Source of the DNA: an uncultured Alphaproteobacteria bacterium
GTDB taxonomy: Bacteria; Pseudomonadota; Alphaproteobacteria; MPNO01; DASWLB01
Direction of reading: 5' to 3'
DNA: 64,000 nt
NCBI GenBank assembly: GCA_963826605.1
Contig: CAWGXN010000003.1
Span: forward strand, 115,109-179,108
Shown: one piece after another, positions 46,933-56,028 of the stretch
Layout: each line of letters starts with the position of its first letter
Numbering within the stretch: position 1 is the first letter of the stretch
Translations under genes and position numbers: made by a program
Notes under the pieces: generated by a model
Database searches by the model: none
The model's input: the letters and a program-made list of their open reading frames with translations, nothing else
Told to the model about the DNA's origin: nothing

Positions 46933-48825
46933 ATGCAGAAATCGAACGCCGCGAACCGGCGCCGTGGGGCGCGCCTCCCGGGGGCCGCCTCTGCCGACCG
47001 CACGCCGCGGGCCGAGGCCCAGCTGCTGCTCGACACGCTCAACCTCGCCGGCGACGGTATCGAGGCCGAGGCGGCGGCGGCGCGCCTGATCGAGGCCGCC
47101 GGGCTCGCCCCGGACGACCGCGTGCTCGACATGGGCAGCGGCGCGGCGGGGCTCTGCCTCGCCCTGGCGCGGCGCGGGTTCAAGGGCGTGGCGGGGACCG
47201 AGCGGTCGCGCCATCTGATCCGCATGGCCAGGCGCGCCGCCCACGACGCCAAGCTGGCCGTCCGGTTCCTGGAGCGCGACCCGCGCGAGCTGCTGCCGCG
47301 CGACGGGCGCTATGACGCCGCGGCGCTGATGGACAACCGCTTCGCCCTCTACGCCGCCGAGGACGCGGCCGCGCTGCTGGCGGCGGCCAAGCGGGTGCTG
47401 CGCCCCGGCGCGCGGCTGGTGCTCGAGGTCGTCGACGGCGCCTGGATGAAAGCGCATTTCGTGCCCAGCGAATGGCGCTGGGTGGACGAGGCGCATCTGG
47501 TGTGCCGCGAGCGCTCGCTGGACTCCGAAGGCGACCGGCTGATCTGCCGCGACATCCTGGTCGACCGCGACCGCGGCGTCGCCGCGGACCGGTTCTACGC
47601 GCTGATCCTCTACACCGCCGAGCGGCTGCGCGCGCTGCTGGTCGAGGCGGGCTTCGCCGCGGTGCGCGTGACGCCGGGCGAGGCGGCCGACGGTGCCCCG
47701 CCGCGCCTGACGGCCGTCGCCGAGATGGGGCGCGCCAAGGCGGCCGAGGCGCCGCTGCGCTCGCCCTTCCCGGAGGTGACGGTGATCCTGGGCGACCCGC
47801 GCCTTGCCGACAACACCAAGATCGGCGACCGCTACACGCCCGAGGATTTCGAGGCGGTCGACAAGATGAAGGCGGCGCTCGCCACGCTCGGCGCCTTCCG
47901 GTTCGCCTATGTCGACGACCATACCAGCCTGCTTGCCACGCTGACGCGCGACCGGCCGGCCTTCGTGTTCAACATGTGCGACAACGGCTACAAGAACGAC
48001 GCGACGCGCGAGCTGGAGGTGCCGGCGCTGCTGGACCTGCTCGAGATCCCCTATACCGGCGCGGGGCCCACCTGCCTCGGCATGTGCTACGACAAGTCTC
48101 TGGTGCACGCGCTCGCCTCGGCGCACGGCGTGCCGGTGCCGCGCGAGACCTATTTCGACATGACGCAGCAGGCGGGCGAGATCCCGTCGCTGTTCCCGGC
48201 GCTGATCAAGCCCAACCGCGCCGACGGCAGCGTCGGCATCACCACCGGCTCGGTGGTCTACGGCGCGGAGGAGGCGATCGCCTACCTCAAGCATCTGCGC
48301 GAGACGGTGCCGGGGCGCGACGCGCTGATCCAGGAGTACCTGACCGGGGCGGAGTATTCGGTCGGGCTGATCGGCAATCCCGGGCTCGGCTTCACCGTGC
48401 TGCCGCCGCTCGAGGTCGACTACTCGCAGCTCGATCCCGAGCTGCCGCGCATATTGTCGTTCGAATCGAAGTTCGACCCGACCTCGCCCTATTTCAACGA
48501 GATCAAGTACAAGCGGGCCGAGATCACCGAGAGCGTGCGGCGGCGCCTCGCCGATTACGGCCGCATCCTGTTCGAGCGGCTGGAATGCCGGGATTATGCC
48601 CGGTTCGACTTCCGGGCCAATTCCACCGGCGAGATCAAGATGTTGGAGGTGAACCCCAACCCCGCCTGGTGCTGGGACGGCAAGCTCGCGATGATGGCGG
48701 GCTTCGCCGGTTACGGCTATCCTGACCTCCTGCGCCTGATCCTGGAGGCCGCCCAGTCCCGCGTGGTGTCGGAGGGGCTCGGGCGGTCGCCGGCCCAGCC
48801 CCAACCCGCCCGAGCGGAGAACTAG
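46933..48825 (+). CDS. Fusion protein: class I SAM-dependent methyltransferase (N-terminal) :: D-Ala-D-Ala-ligase-like ATP-grasp (C-terminal)
   Basis: Starts at MQKSNAAN (Met39 of ORF 46819..48825). The SAM motif is VLDMGSGAAGLCLALARRG. From about residue 300 the protein reads VTVILGDPRLADN.., IKPNRADGSVGI, IQEYLTGAEYSVGL and MLEVNPNPAW, a typical ATP-grasp pattern. Confidence 0.8.
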   Translation: MQKSNAANRRRGARLPGAASADRTPRAEAQLLLDTLNLAGDGIEAEAAAARLIEAAGLAPDDRVLDMGSGAAGLCLALARRGFKGVAGTERSRHLIRMARRAAHDAKLAVRFLERDPRELLPRDGRYDAAALMDNRFALYAAEDAAALLAAAKRVLRPGARLVLEVVDGAWMKAHFVPSEWRWVDEAHLVCRERSLDSEGDRLICRDILVDRDRGVAADRFYALILYTAERLRALLVEAGFAAVRVTPGEAADGAPPRLTAVAEMGRAKAAEAPLRSPFPEVTVILGDPRLADNTKIGDRYTPEDFEAVDKMKAALATLGAFRFAYVDDHTSLLATLTRDRPAFVFNMCDNGYKNDATRELEVPALLDLLEIPYTGAGPTCLGMCYDKSLVHALASAHGVPVPRETYFDMTQQAGEIPSLFPALIKPNRADGSVGITTGSVVYGAEEAIAYLKHLRETVPGRDALIQEYLTGAEYSVGLIGNPGLGFTVLPPLEVDYSQLDPELPRILSFESKFDPTSPYFNEIKYKRAEITESVRRRLADYGRILFERLECRDYARFDFRANSTGEIKMLEVNPNPAWCWDGKLAMMAGFAGYGYPDLLRLILEAAQSRVVSEGLGRSPAQPQPARAEN

Positions 48826-48829
48826 ATAC

Positions 48830-50942
48830 ATGGACGAGCTGGTCCCGCCCGTGCACGCGTCGCCCAAGCCGCCCGCCGCCGATAAGCGGCCCGTCGCCAC
48901 CGAGCGCCACGGCGTCCGGCTGGTGGACGAGTACGGCTGGCTGCGCGACGCGCGCTGGCAGGACGTGATGCGCGATCCGGCGCTGCTCGCGCCCGACATC
49001 CGCGCCCATCTGGAGGCCGAGAACGCCTACACCGCCGCCGTGCTGGCGCCGGTCGGACCGTTGCGCCAGCGCCTGTTCGAGGAGATGAAGGGGCGCATCA
49101 AGGAGGACGATTCGACCGTCCCCGACCGCGACGGCCCGTTCCTCTACTACACGCGCTTCGACACCGGGAAGCAGCACGCGGTCTATTGCCGCCGCCGGGT
49201 GGAGGAGGGCGCGCCGGAGGAGGTGATGCTCGACGGCAACCGCGAGGCCGAGGGCAAGCCGTTCTACCGGATCGCCGCATGCGAGCACAGCCGCGACCAT
49301 GCGCGCCTCGCCTACACGGTCGACCTCACCGGCTCCGAGCTTTACACGCTGCATCTGCGCGACCTGGTGACGGGCGACGACCACGACGAGCGCATCGCGA
49401 ATTTGCAGGGCGACGTGGTGTGGGCGTCGGACGGGTGCACGCTGTTCTACGTCGCGCTGGACGAGAACCACCGGCCCTACCGCGTCTATCGCCATACGGT
49501 GGGCGACGACCCGGCGAACGACGTGCTGGTCTACGAGGATCCGGACCCGTCCTTCTACCTGTCGATCGAGCTGACCGAGAGCCGGCGCTATCTGCTGATC
49601 CAGGCCTACGGCCATTCCTCGACGTCCGAGGTGCGGTTCGTCGACGCCGACGCGCCACTCGCGCCGCCCGTCCTGGTGGCGCCGCGCGAGACCGGCATCC
49701 TGTACGACGTGAGCCATCACGCCGACCGCTTCCTGATCCGCACCAACGCCGACGGGGCGATCGACTTCAAGATCGTCGCCGCGCCGGTCGCCGCGCCGGG
49801 CCGGGCGAACTGGCGCGACCTGGTGGCCCACGTGCCGGGGCGGATGATCCGCTCGCTGATGGTATTCCGCGACCACATGGTGCGGCTCGACCGCGTGGAG
49901 GGGCTGCCGCGCATGGTGGTGACGCGCTTCGCCGACGGCGCGGCGCACGAGATCGCCTTCGACGAGGAGGCCTATCACCTGGGGCTCGACGTCGGCTACG
50001 AGTTCGACACCACCACGCTGCGCTTTACCTACTCGTCGATGACGACGCCCGAGCGCATCTACGACTACGACATGGAGACGCGCGCCCGCACGCTGCGCAA
50101 GGAGCAGGAGATCCCCTCCGGCCACGACCCGGCGCACTACGTGACGCGCCGCGTGTTCGCCACCGCCGCCGACGGCAAGCGCGTGCCGGTCTCGGTGCTT
50201 TACGCGAAATCGACCCGGCTCGACGGCTCGGCGCCGCTGCTGCTTTACGGCTACGGCTCGTACGGGCTCGCCATGGGCGCGTGGTTCACCGCCAACCGGC
50301 TGTCGCTGGTCGATCGCGGCTTCGTCGTTGCGGTCGCGCATATCCGCGGCGGCACCGATCTCGGCTATGGCTGGTATCTCGACGGCAAGCTGCTGAAGAA
50401 GAAGAACACCTTCACCGACTTCATCGCCTGCGCCGAGCATCTGATCGCCGCGCGCTATACGGGGAAGGGCGCGATCGTCGCCCAGGGCGGCTCGGCCGGC
50501 GGCATGCTGATGGGCGTGGTCGCCAACATGCGGCCCGATCTGTTCGGCGGCATCGTCGCCGAGGTGCCGTTCGTCGACGTGCTGAACACCATGTGCGACG
50601 CGACCCTGCCGCTCACCCCGCCGGAATGGTCCGAATGGGGCAACCCGATCGAGAGCGAAGAGGCGTTCCGCTACATCCTGTCCTATTCGCCCTACGACAA
50701 CGTGGCGGCCCGGGACTACCCGCACATGTCTGGCGACGGCCGGCCTTACCGACCCGCGCGTGACCTATTGGGAGCCGGCCAAGTGGATCGCCCGGCTGCG
50801 CGCGGCCAAGACGGGCCCGCGCCACGTCATGCTGCGCACCAACATGGAGGCCGGCCACGGCGGCGCCTCGGGCCGGTTCGACCGGCTCGACGAGGTGGCG
50901 CTGGTCTATGCCTTCGCACTGTGGGTCGCCGGGAAGGCCTAG
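48830..50942 (+). pseudogene. ptrB: Oligopeptidase B (S9A prolyl oligopeptidase family); one frameshift near 50729
   Basis: VDEYGWLRD.., catalytic GGSAGGMLMG, and the C-terminus ..LTDPRVTYWEPAKWIARLR..EAGHGGASGRF (ORF 50760..50942). It starts 4 nt after the preceding stop. Confidence 0.9.
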
Positions 50943-50951
50943 ACCGCGCTG

Positions 50952-52985
50952 CTAGACACACTCCCGCCGGATCCGCTCCGACCAGGTACGGGTGAAGACG
51001 CGGTCCTTGCCTTCGTAGGCGTGGAGCTCCGCGTCCAGCAGGAATTCGTCGGCGGTAGCCGTCAGCGTCGTGCGGGTCTCGACCGCCGCGTTCCAGCCGT
51101 CGCGCTTGAACTCGGTGCGGTTGCGCAGCTCGGCCCGGGCGGACAGGGGGTCGTCGTCGCGGATGCGCAGCCGCCGCCACATCGCTTGGCCGATATCGAG
51201 GTCGATGTCGTCGAGGCGCGTGAGCCCGCCCTGCTCCCAATCGTCGTCGACCAGCCCCGACGCGTGCACCACCTCATGCGTCGAAAGGTCGTGCTCGACC
51301 GCGCGGCGCGTCCGCGCGGGGCGCAGCCGCGTCTCGGCGGGGCCGGGCGCGGCTTCGGGCGGGGCGAACGGATGCAACGCTTCGTCTTCGGCACGCGGCG
51401 GGCGCACGGCCAGCGCAAGGCGGCTTTCACCGGTGAAGATCGTCAGCGTCACCCGCTCGGGCGAGGGCCAGGCGATCGGCCAATAGGACGTCGACACGGC
51501 GAGGCGGATGCGGTGGCCGGCGGCGAAGCGGTGTGCCGCATCGTTGAGCCGGACGCGCACGCGCGTGCGCGCGCCGGGGACCAGCGGTTGCGGATTGGCG
51601 TGCCCGTCTCGGTGGCTCAGGTTTGAGAGCCCGTAGGTCACGCGCTCCGACGTGCCGTCGGGGTGCAGGTCGCAGAGCCTGACCGCTACCATCGCCTGCG
51701 GACGGTCCGACGCGATCTCCAAGGTGACTTCGGGGGCGCCGAGAATGTCGGTGTCGGCGGCAAGCGGGTCGGAATCGAAAACGAGCGAACGGGCGTCGTC
51801 GACGCGCTGGTCGGTCGGCATCTCGCCCTTGGCCCCGAAGCCGCACCACGCGCCGGAGGCGATCCCGACCGATTGCGGCGAGGCGATCGTGGCCGACCCG
51901 TCCTCGCCCGCGCCCTCGGCCAGCCGCCCCGGCGCCAACGCATAGCCGCGCGTCTCGATGCGCCGCGACGGCCAGCTCTCCTCCGCCACCCATCGGCCGG
52001 GGCGCGTCTCGTAGTCGGGCCGGGGCGTCACGCCGTCCTGCATCCAGGCGCGCAGCATCGGCTCGGCCATGATCCCGTTGTCCACCCCCTTCAGCCAGCG
52101 GTCCCACCAGCGCAGCGCCTCCTGCAGGAACCCGATGGCCGGGCCGGGCACGCCGTCCTGCGGGTACTGGTGGCCCCATGGGCCGATCAGCCCCTTGCGC
52201 GGGCAGGCGAGCCCGGCGAGCAGGCGCGGGATTGCGTTGGTATAGGCGTCGGCCCAGCCGCCGACGGCATAGACCGCGCAGCTTATGGCGGCGAAATCCT
52301 CGCATACCGAGCCGTGCCGCCAATAGGCGTCGCGGTGCGGATGTCGCATCCATTCGGCGGCGACGGGGTGCGCCGCTTCCAGCCGCTCGCGCCACATGGC
52401 GCGCCAGGCGTCGCCGACCAGAGCCGGGTCCGGCGGCTGGGCCATCAGGTTGAAGAAGGCCGAGCCCCACGACAGGTTCTCGTTGATCAGGCAGCCGCCC
52501 ATATAGTGCGCATCGTCGGCGTAGCGGTCGTCGGTCGAGGCGACGGTGATGATCGCTTTCAGCGCCGCGGGGCGGCGCGCCGCCACCTGCAGCCCGTTGA
52601 ACCCGCCCCACGACTTGCCGAACATGCCGAGCGCGCCATCGCACCAGGGTTGGGCGGCGATCCAGGCGATGGCGGCCTCGGCGTCGTCGAGCTCCTGCGG
52701 CAGGTACTCGTCGCGCAGCACGCCCTCGGATTCGCCGGTGCCGCGTATGTCGAGCCGGATCGCCGCATAGCCGTGGCCGGCGAAGTAGCGGTGGATCGGC
52801 TCGTCGCGCGAACGCAGAAGGTCGCGCTTGCGATAGGGGATGTATTCCAGGATGGCCGGCACCGGGCGGGCCTCGGCGTCCTCGGGCAGCCAGATGCGCG
52901 CCGCAAGGCGCACCCCGTCCGGCATCGGGATCCAGACGTTTTCGATCTCGCGCACGCGGCGCGGGAATTCCGCGAGGATCCTCAT
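50952..52985 (-). CDS. CocE/NonD-family hydrolase (S15 X-Pro dipeptidyl-peptidase-like)
   Basis: Starts at MRILAEFPRRVREIENVWIPMPDGVRLAARIWLP (ATG 52985, inside ORF 50952..54437). DIRGTGESEG and the nucleophile GKSWGG are present. Intact, 677 aa. Confidence 0.85.
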   Translation of the reverse strand: MRILAEFPRRVREIENVWIPMPDGVRLAARIWLPEDAEARPVPAILEYIPYRKRDLLRSRDEPIHRYFAGHGYAAIRLDIRGTGESEGVLRDEYLPQELDDAEAAIAWIAAQPWCDGALGMFGKSWGGFNGLQVAARRPAALKAIITVASTDDRYADDAHYMGGCLINENLSWGSAFFNLMAQPPDPALVGDAWRAMWRERLEAAHPVAAEWMRHPHRDAYWRHGSVCEDFAAISCAVYAVGGWADAYTNAIPRLLAGLACPRKGLIGPWGHQYPQDGVPGPAIGFLQEALRWWDRWLKGVDNGIMAEPMLRAWMQDGVTPRPDYETRPGRWVAEESWPSRRIETRGYALAPGRLAEGAGEDGSATIASPQSVGIASGAWCGFGAKGEMPTDQRVDDARSLVFDSDPLAADTDILGAPEVTLEIASDRPQAMVAVRLCDLHPDGTSERVTYGLSNLSHRDGHANPQPLVPGARTRVRVRLNDAAHRFAAGHRIRLAVSTSYWPIAWPSPERVTLTIFTGESRLALAVRPPRAEDEALHPFAPPEAAPGPAETRLRPARTRRAVEHDLSTHEVVHASGLVDDDWEQGGLTRLDDIDLDIGQAMWRRLRIRDDDPLSARAELRNRTEFKRDGWNAAVETRTTLTATADEFLLDAELHAYEGKDRVFTRTWSERIRRECV

Positions 52986-53923
52986 TCCGCCGGGGCGGAC
53001 GCGTCGGCGCGCAGGCTGGGCGTCGACCAGAACGACAGGGCGAGGCGCTCGCGCGCGCGCTTTCCAGCCTCCAGGTCCCAGCCATTGACGATGGCAAGGC
53101 GGAACCCGCCCGGCGGCATGGCGTGCGCCTCGGCCGGCATGTCCTCGTGGAACGTCACCTGCACCGAGGAGACGCTGGGGTCGGCTTTGATCTCGGCGAT
53201 CAGTGCGGGGTCCGGGTGGCGGTAGGGCAGGCCGTGCGCGCCGAACAGGACGACGCTGTAGCCGGTGCGCCGGTCGCCGTCGGCATAGTCCCACGTCCCG
53301 TCGCGATAGAGCTTCACCACCGCGTCGAGCCAGCCCTTGCCGTACAGGTCGGGCCACTGGTCGGCGAAGCGCAGGTGGCATTCGATGATGCGCGCGCCGA
53401 TCGTCTCGAAATTCACGCAGCCGGAATAGCCGCGCAGATTCTTGCGCAGCCAGTCGCCGCAATACGCCTCGATGGCGGGACGCGGCTCGGCCAGCACGGT
53501 CCAGTAGTCGAACATGCCGCCGCCGAGCGCGAGCCCGATGGTGTGGCGCCACCATTTCGGCTCGCCGTCCACGACAGCCACGTCGGTCGAGACGTGCTCG
53601 CCCTCCAAAAGCCGCATCCACATGAAGCCGGGCAGCACCTCGCGGTCGAGGTCGGCCTGGCTTTCCACTATGCGCGAGCCGATTCCCATGCCGTGCATGT
53701 TGTAGATCGGCTTGGAAAAGACCGGGAAGTGCGGCGGGTCGATGCCGTGCGGCGCGCCCTCCATCCCCTGGGATTCGCACACGTCCAGCTTGTTGTAGAC
53801 CCAGCGGTGCTCCGGGAACAGCTTCCACGCCGTCATGTCGTCGGTGGGGACGACCAACTCGCCGGGACAGTCCACCCCCTCGAAATACTGGTCGCGCCAG
53901 GGATCTTTCTCGATGATCGGCAT
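52982..53923 (-). CDS. ATP-grasp-fold-like protein of unknown specificity
   Basis: Starts at MPIIEKDPWRDQYF (ATG 53923). FSKPIYNMHGMGIGSRIV is the flexible-loop region, MRLLEGEHVSTDV is the hinge, and VNFETIGARIIECHLR is the Mg-site region. These resemble ATP-grasp motifs. The 4-nt ATGA overlaps the CocE/NonD start. Confidence 0.55.
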   Translation of the reverse strand: MPIIEKDPWRDQYFEGVDCPGELVVPTDDMTAWKLFPEHRWVYNKLDVCESQGMEGAPHGIDPPHFPVFSKPIYNMHGMGIGSRIVESQADLDREVLPGFMWMRLLEGEHVSTDVAVVDGEPKWWRHTIGLALGGGMFDYWTVLAEPRPAIEAYCGDWLRKNLRGYSGCVNFETIGARIIECHLRFADQWPDLYGKGWLDAVVKLYRDGTWDYADGDRRTGYSVVLFGAHGLPYRHPDPALIAEIKADPSVSSVQVTFHEDMPAEAHAMPPGGFRLAIVNGWDLEAGKRARERLALSFWSTPSLRADASAPAE

Positions 53924-54038
53924 GTCGCCATTGAACCACAAGCCCGCCGCCGCCGGAAGCGCCTGTGACCTCACAGCGCGCCCCAGGAACGCGCCGCACG
54001 CGCCTCGCGTTTTGCCCGCGAACGGAAAGGAGGGAGAG

Positions 54039-54599
54039 ATGCAGAACATCAAGGGACGACGGATCGCGATCCTCGCCACCGACGGGTACGAGCGATCGGA
54101 GCTGATGGAGCCGCGCGACCGGCTGGGCGCCGCCGGCGCGACAATCGAGGTGATCTCGCCCAAGGACGGCGACGAGATCCGGAGCTGGGACAAGACCGAC
54201 TGGGGCGACAGCGTTAAAATCGACCGCAAGGTCGGCGACGTGGCCGTCGGCGGGTATGATGCGCTGGTCATTCCCGGTGGGCAGATCAATCCCGACAAGC
54301 TGCGCACGGACGAGCGCGCCGTGCGCTTCGTGCGCGACTTCGTCGCCTCGGGCAAACCCGTCGCCGCGATCTGCCACGGGCCGTGGATGCTGGTCGAGGC
54401 GGACGTCCTCGACGGGCGGCGCGTCACCTCCTACCACTCGATCCGCACCGACGTGATCAATGCCGGTGCCGAATGGCAGGACGGGGCGGTGGTGGTCGAC
54501 GGCAACCTGATCACCAGCCGCAATCCGGGCGACCTCGCAGCCTTCTGCGACAAGATCGCGGAGACGCTGTCGGAAGAAGTCGTGGCCGAGAGCGCGTAG
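54039..54599 (+). CDS. DJ-1/PfpI family protein (YhbO/general-stress-protein-18 type)
   Basis: MQNIKGRRIAILATDGYE..YDALVIPGG..KPVAAICHGPWML.. with the nucleophile-elbow Cys. AAGGAGGGAGAG SD. Confidence 0.9.
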   Translation: MQNIKGRRIAILATDGYERSELMEPRDRLGAAGATIEVISPKDGDEIRSWDKTDWGDSVKIDRKVGDVAVGGYDALVIPGGQINPDKLRTDERAVRFVRDFVASGKPVAAICHGPWMLVEADVLDGRRVTSYHSIRTDVINAGAEWQDGAVVVDGNLITSRNPGDLAAFCDKIAETLSEEVVAESA

Positions 54600-54610
54600 C
54601 GGAGGCGAAG

Positions 54611-55993
54611 GTGGCCGTCGAGGCGTTCGACGCCGTGGTGGTCGGCACCGGGCAGGCCGGGCCGGCGCTCGCGAAGAAGCTGGCCGGCGCCGGCCGCCGC
54701 GTCTGCGTGATCGAGCGCGGAAGCTTCGGCGGAACCTGCGTCAACACCGGTTGCACGCCGACCAAGACGCTGGTGGCGAGCGCGCGCGTCGCCCACATGG
54801 TGAGGCGCGCGCGGGAGTACGGCATCGTCCTCGAGGGCGGGGCGCGGCTCGACATGCGGCGCGTGAAGGCGCGGCGCGACGAGCGCGTCGAATACAGCAC
54901 GCACCACGTCGAGGATTCGCTGCGTCGGACGGAGAACGTCACGGTGGTCGAGGGGCATGCGCGCTTCGTCGGGCCGCGCCGCCTCGCTGTCGGGGACCGC
55001 ACGATCGCGGGCGAGCGCGTGTTCCTCGACGTCGGCGCGCGGCCGCGCGTGCCCAAGCTCGACGGACTCGACGACGATTTCCCCTACCTCACCGAAGCCA
55101 CGCTGCAGGCGCTGGACCAGGTGCCGAAGCACCTCCTCGTGCTCGGCGGCAGCTATCTCGGGCTGGAATTCGCGCAGATCTACCGGCGGTTCGGCGCCGA
55201 GGTGACCGTCGTCGAGGCCGGTCCCCAGCTCCTGCCCAAGGAGGACCGCGACGTCGCCGAGGGCGTGCGCGGCGTGCTCGAGGCCGAGGGCATCACGATC
55301 GTCACCGGCGCGGCGCCGCGCCGGGTCGAGAACATCGGCAACCGCGTGGTGCTCTCGGGCGCCGAGGCGGGCCCGGCCGAGATCGCCGGGACGCATCTGC
55401 TGGTCGCGACGGGCCGCCAGCCCAATACCGACGATCTGGACGCCGCGGCGGGTGGCGTCGAGCTCGACGAGAAGGGCTTCGTCAAGACCGACGAGACGCT
55501 GCGCACCTCGGCAGAGGGCGTCTGGGCGCTGGGCGACTGCAACGGGCGCGGGGCGTTCACCCACACGGCCTATGACGACCATGAGATCGTGGCGGCGAAC
55601 CTGCTCGAAGGGGCCGACCGCAAGGTGAGCGACCGCATCATGTGCTATGCGATGTTCACCGACCCGCCCCTGGCCCGATGCGGCGCCAGCGAGAACGCGC
55701 TGCGCGAAGCGGGCACCGCCTATCTCGTCGGGCGCATGGAGATGAGCTCCGTCGCCCGCGCGCGCGAGCGCGACGAGACGCAGGGTTTCATGAAGGTGCT
55801 GGTCGACGCGCATTCGCAGCGCATCCTCGGCGCGGCGCTGCTCGGCATCGAGGCGGACGAGACGATCCATCTGCTGATCGACACGATGTATGCCGGCAAG
55901 CGCTATACGACGGTGCGCGACGCCATGCACATCCACCCGACGGTCTCCGAGCTGATCCCCACCCTGCTGAAGAGCCTCAAGCCGGCGGAGTGA
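54611..55993 (+). CDS. Class I pyridine-nucleotide-disulfide oxidoreductase (MerA-core / dihydrolipoamide-dehydrogenase-like)
   Basis: GTG start after GGAGG. FDAVVVGTGQAGPALA, redox-active GGTCVNTGCTPTK, second Rossmann fold LLVLGGSYLGLEFA, and the C-terminal HIHPTVSE dimerisation motif. Confidence 0.85.
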   Translation: MAVEAFDAVVVGTGQAGPALAKKLAGAGRRVCVIERGSFGGTCVNTGCTPTKTLVASARVAHMVRRAREYGIVLEGGARLDMRRVKARRDERVEYSTHHVEDSLRRTENVTVVEGHARFVGPRRLAVGDRTIAGERVFLDVGARPRVPKLDGLDDDFPYLTEATLQALDQVPKHLLVLGGSYLGLEFAQIYRRFGAEVTVVEAGPQLLPKEDRDVAEGVRGVLEAEGITIVTGAAPRRVENIGNRVVLSGAEAGPAEIAGTHLLVATGRQPNTDDLDAAAGGVELDEKGFVKTDETLRTSAEGVWALGDCNGRGAFTHTAYDDHEIVAANLLEGADRKVSDRIMCYAMFTDPPLARCGASENALREAGTAYLVGRMEMSSVARARERDETQGFMKVLVDAHSQRILGAALLGIEADETIHLLIDTMYAGKRYTTVRDAMHIHPTVSELIPTLLKSLKPAE

Positions 55994-56028
55994 CCGAGCC
56001 GGCTTTGCGCCAGCCCGCCCGTTGCGCC

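Noticed and set aside
46808-53923. Graspetide-type RiPP cluster (ATP-grasp + methyltransferase + peptidase)
   Set aside because: No small precursor-peptide ORF with an SD lies in the flanking gaps (46808-46932, 53924-54038). The larger ATP-grasp is Ddl-like rather than MdnB/C-like. I kept it as a ligase/hydrolase hypothesis instead.
50952-54437. 1161-aa ORF as one giant protein
   Set aside because: Only the C-terminal 677 aa (from MRILAEFP.., ATG 52985) look like a CocE/NonD hydrolase. The upstream part is an open frame running across the ATP-grasp-like gene (a different frame) and antisense to the DJ-1 gene.
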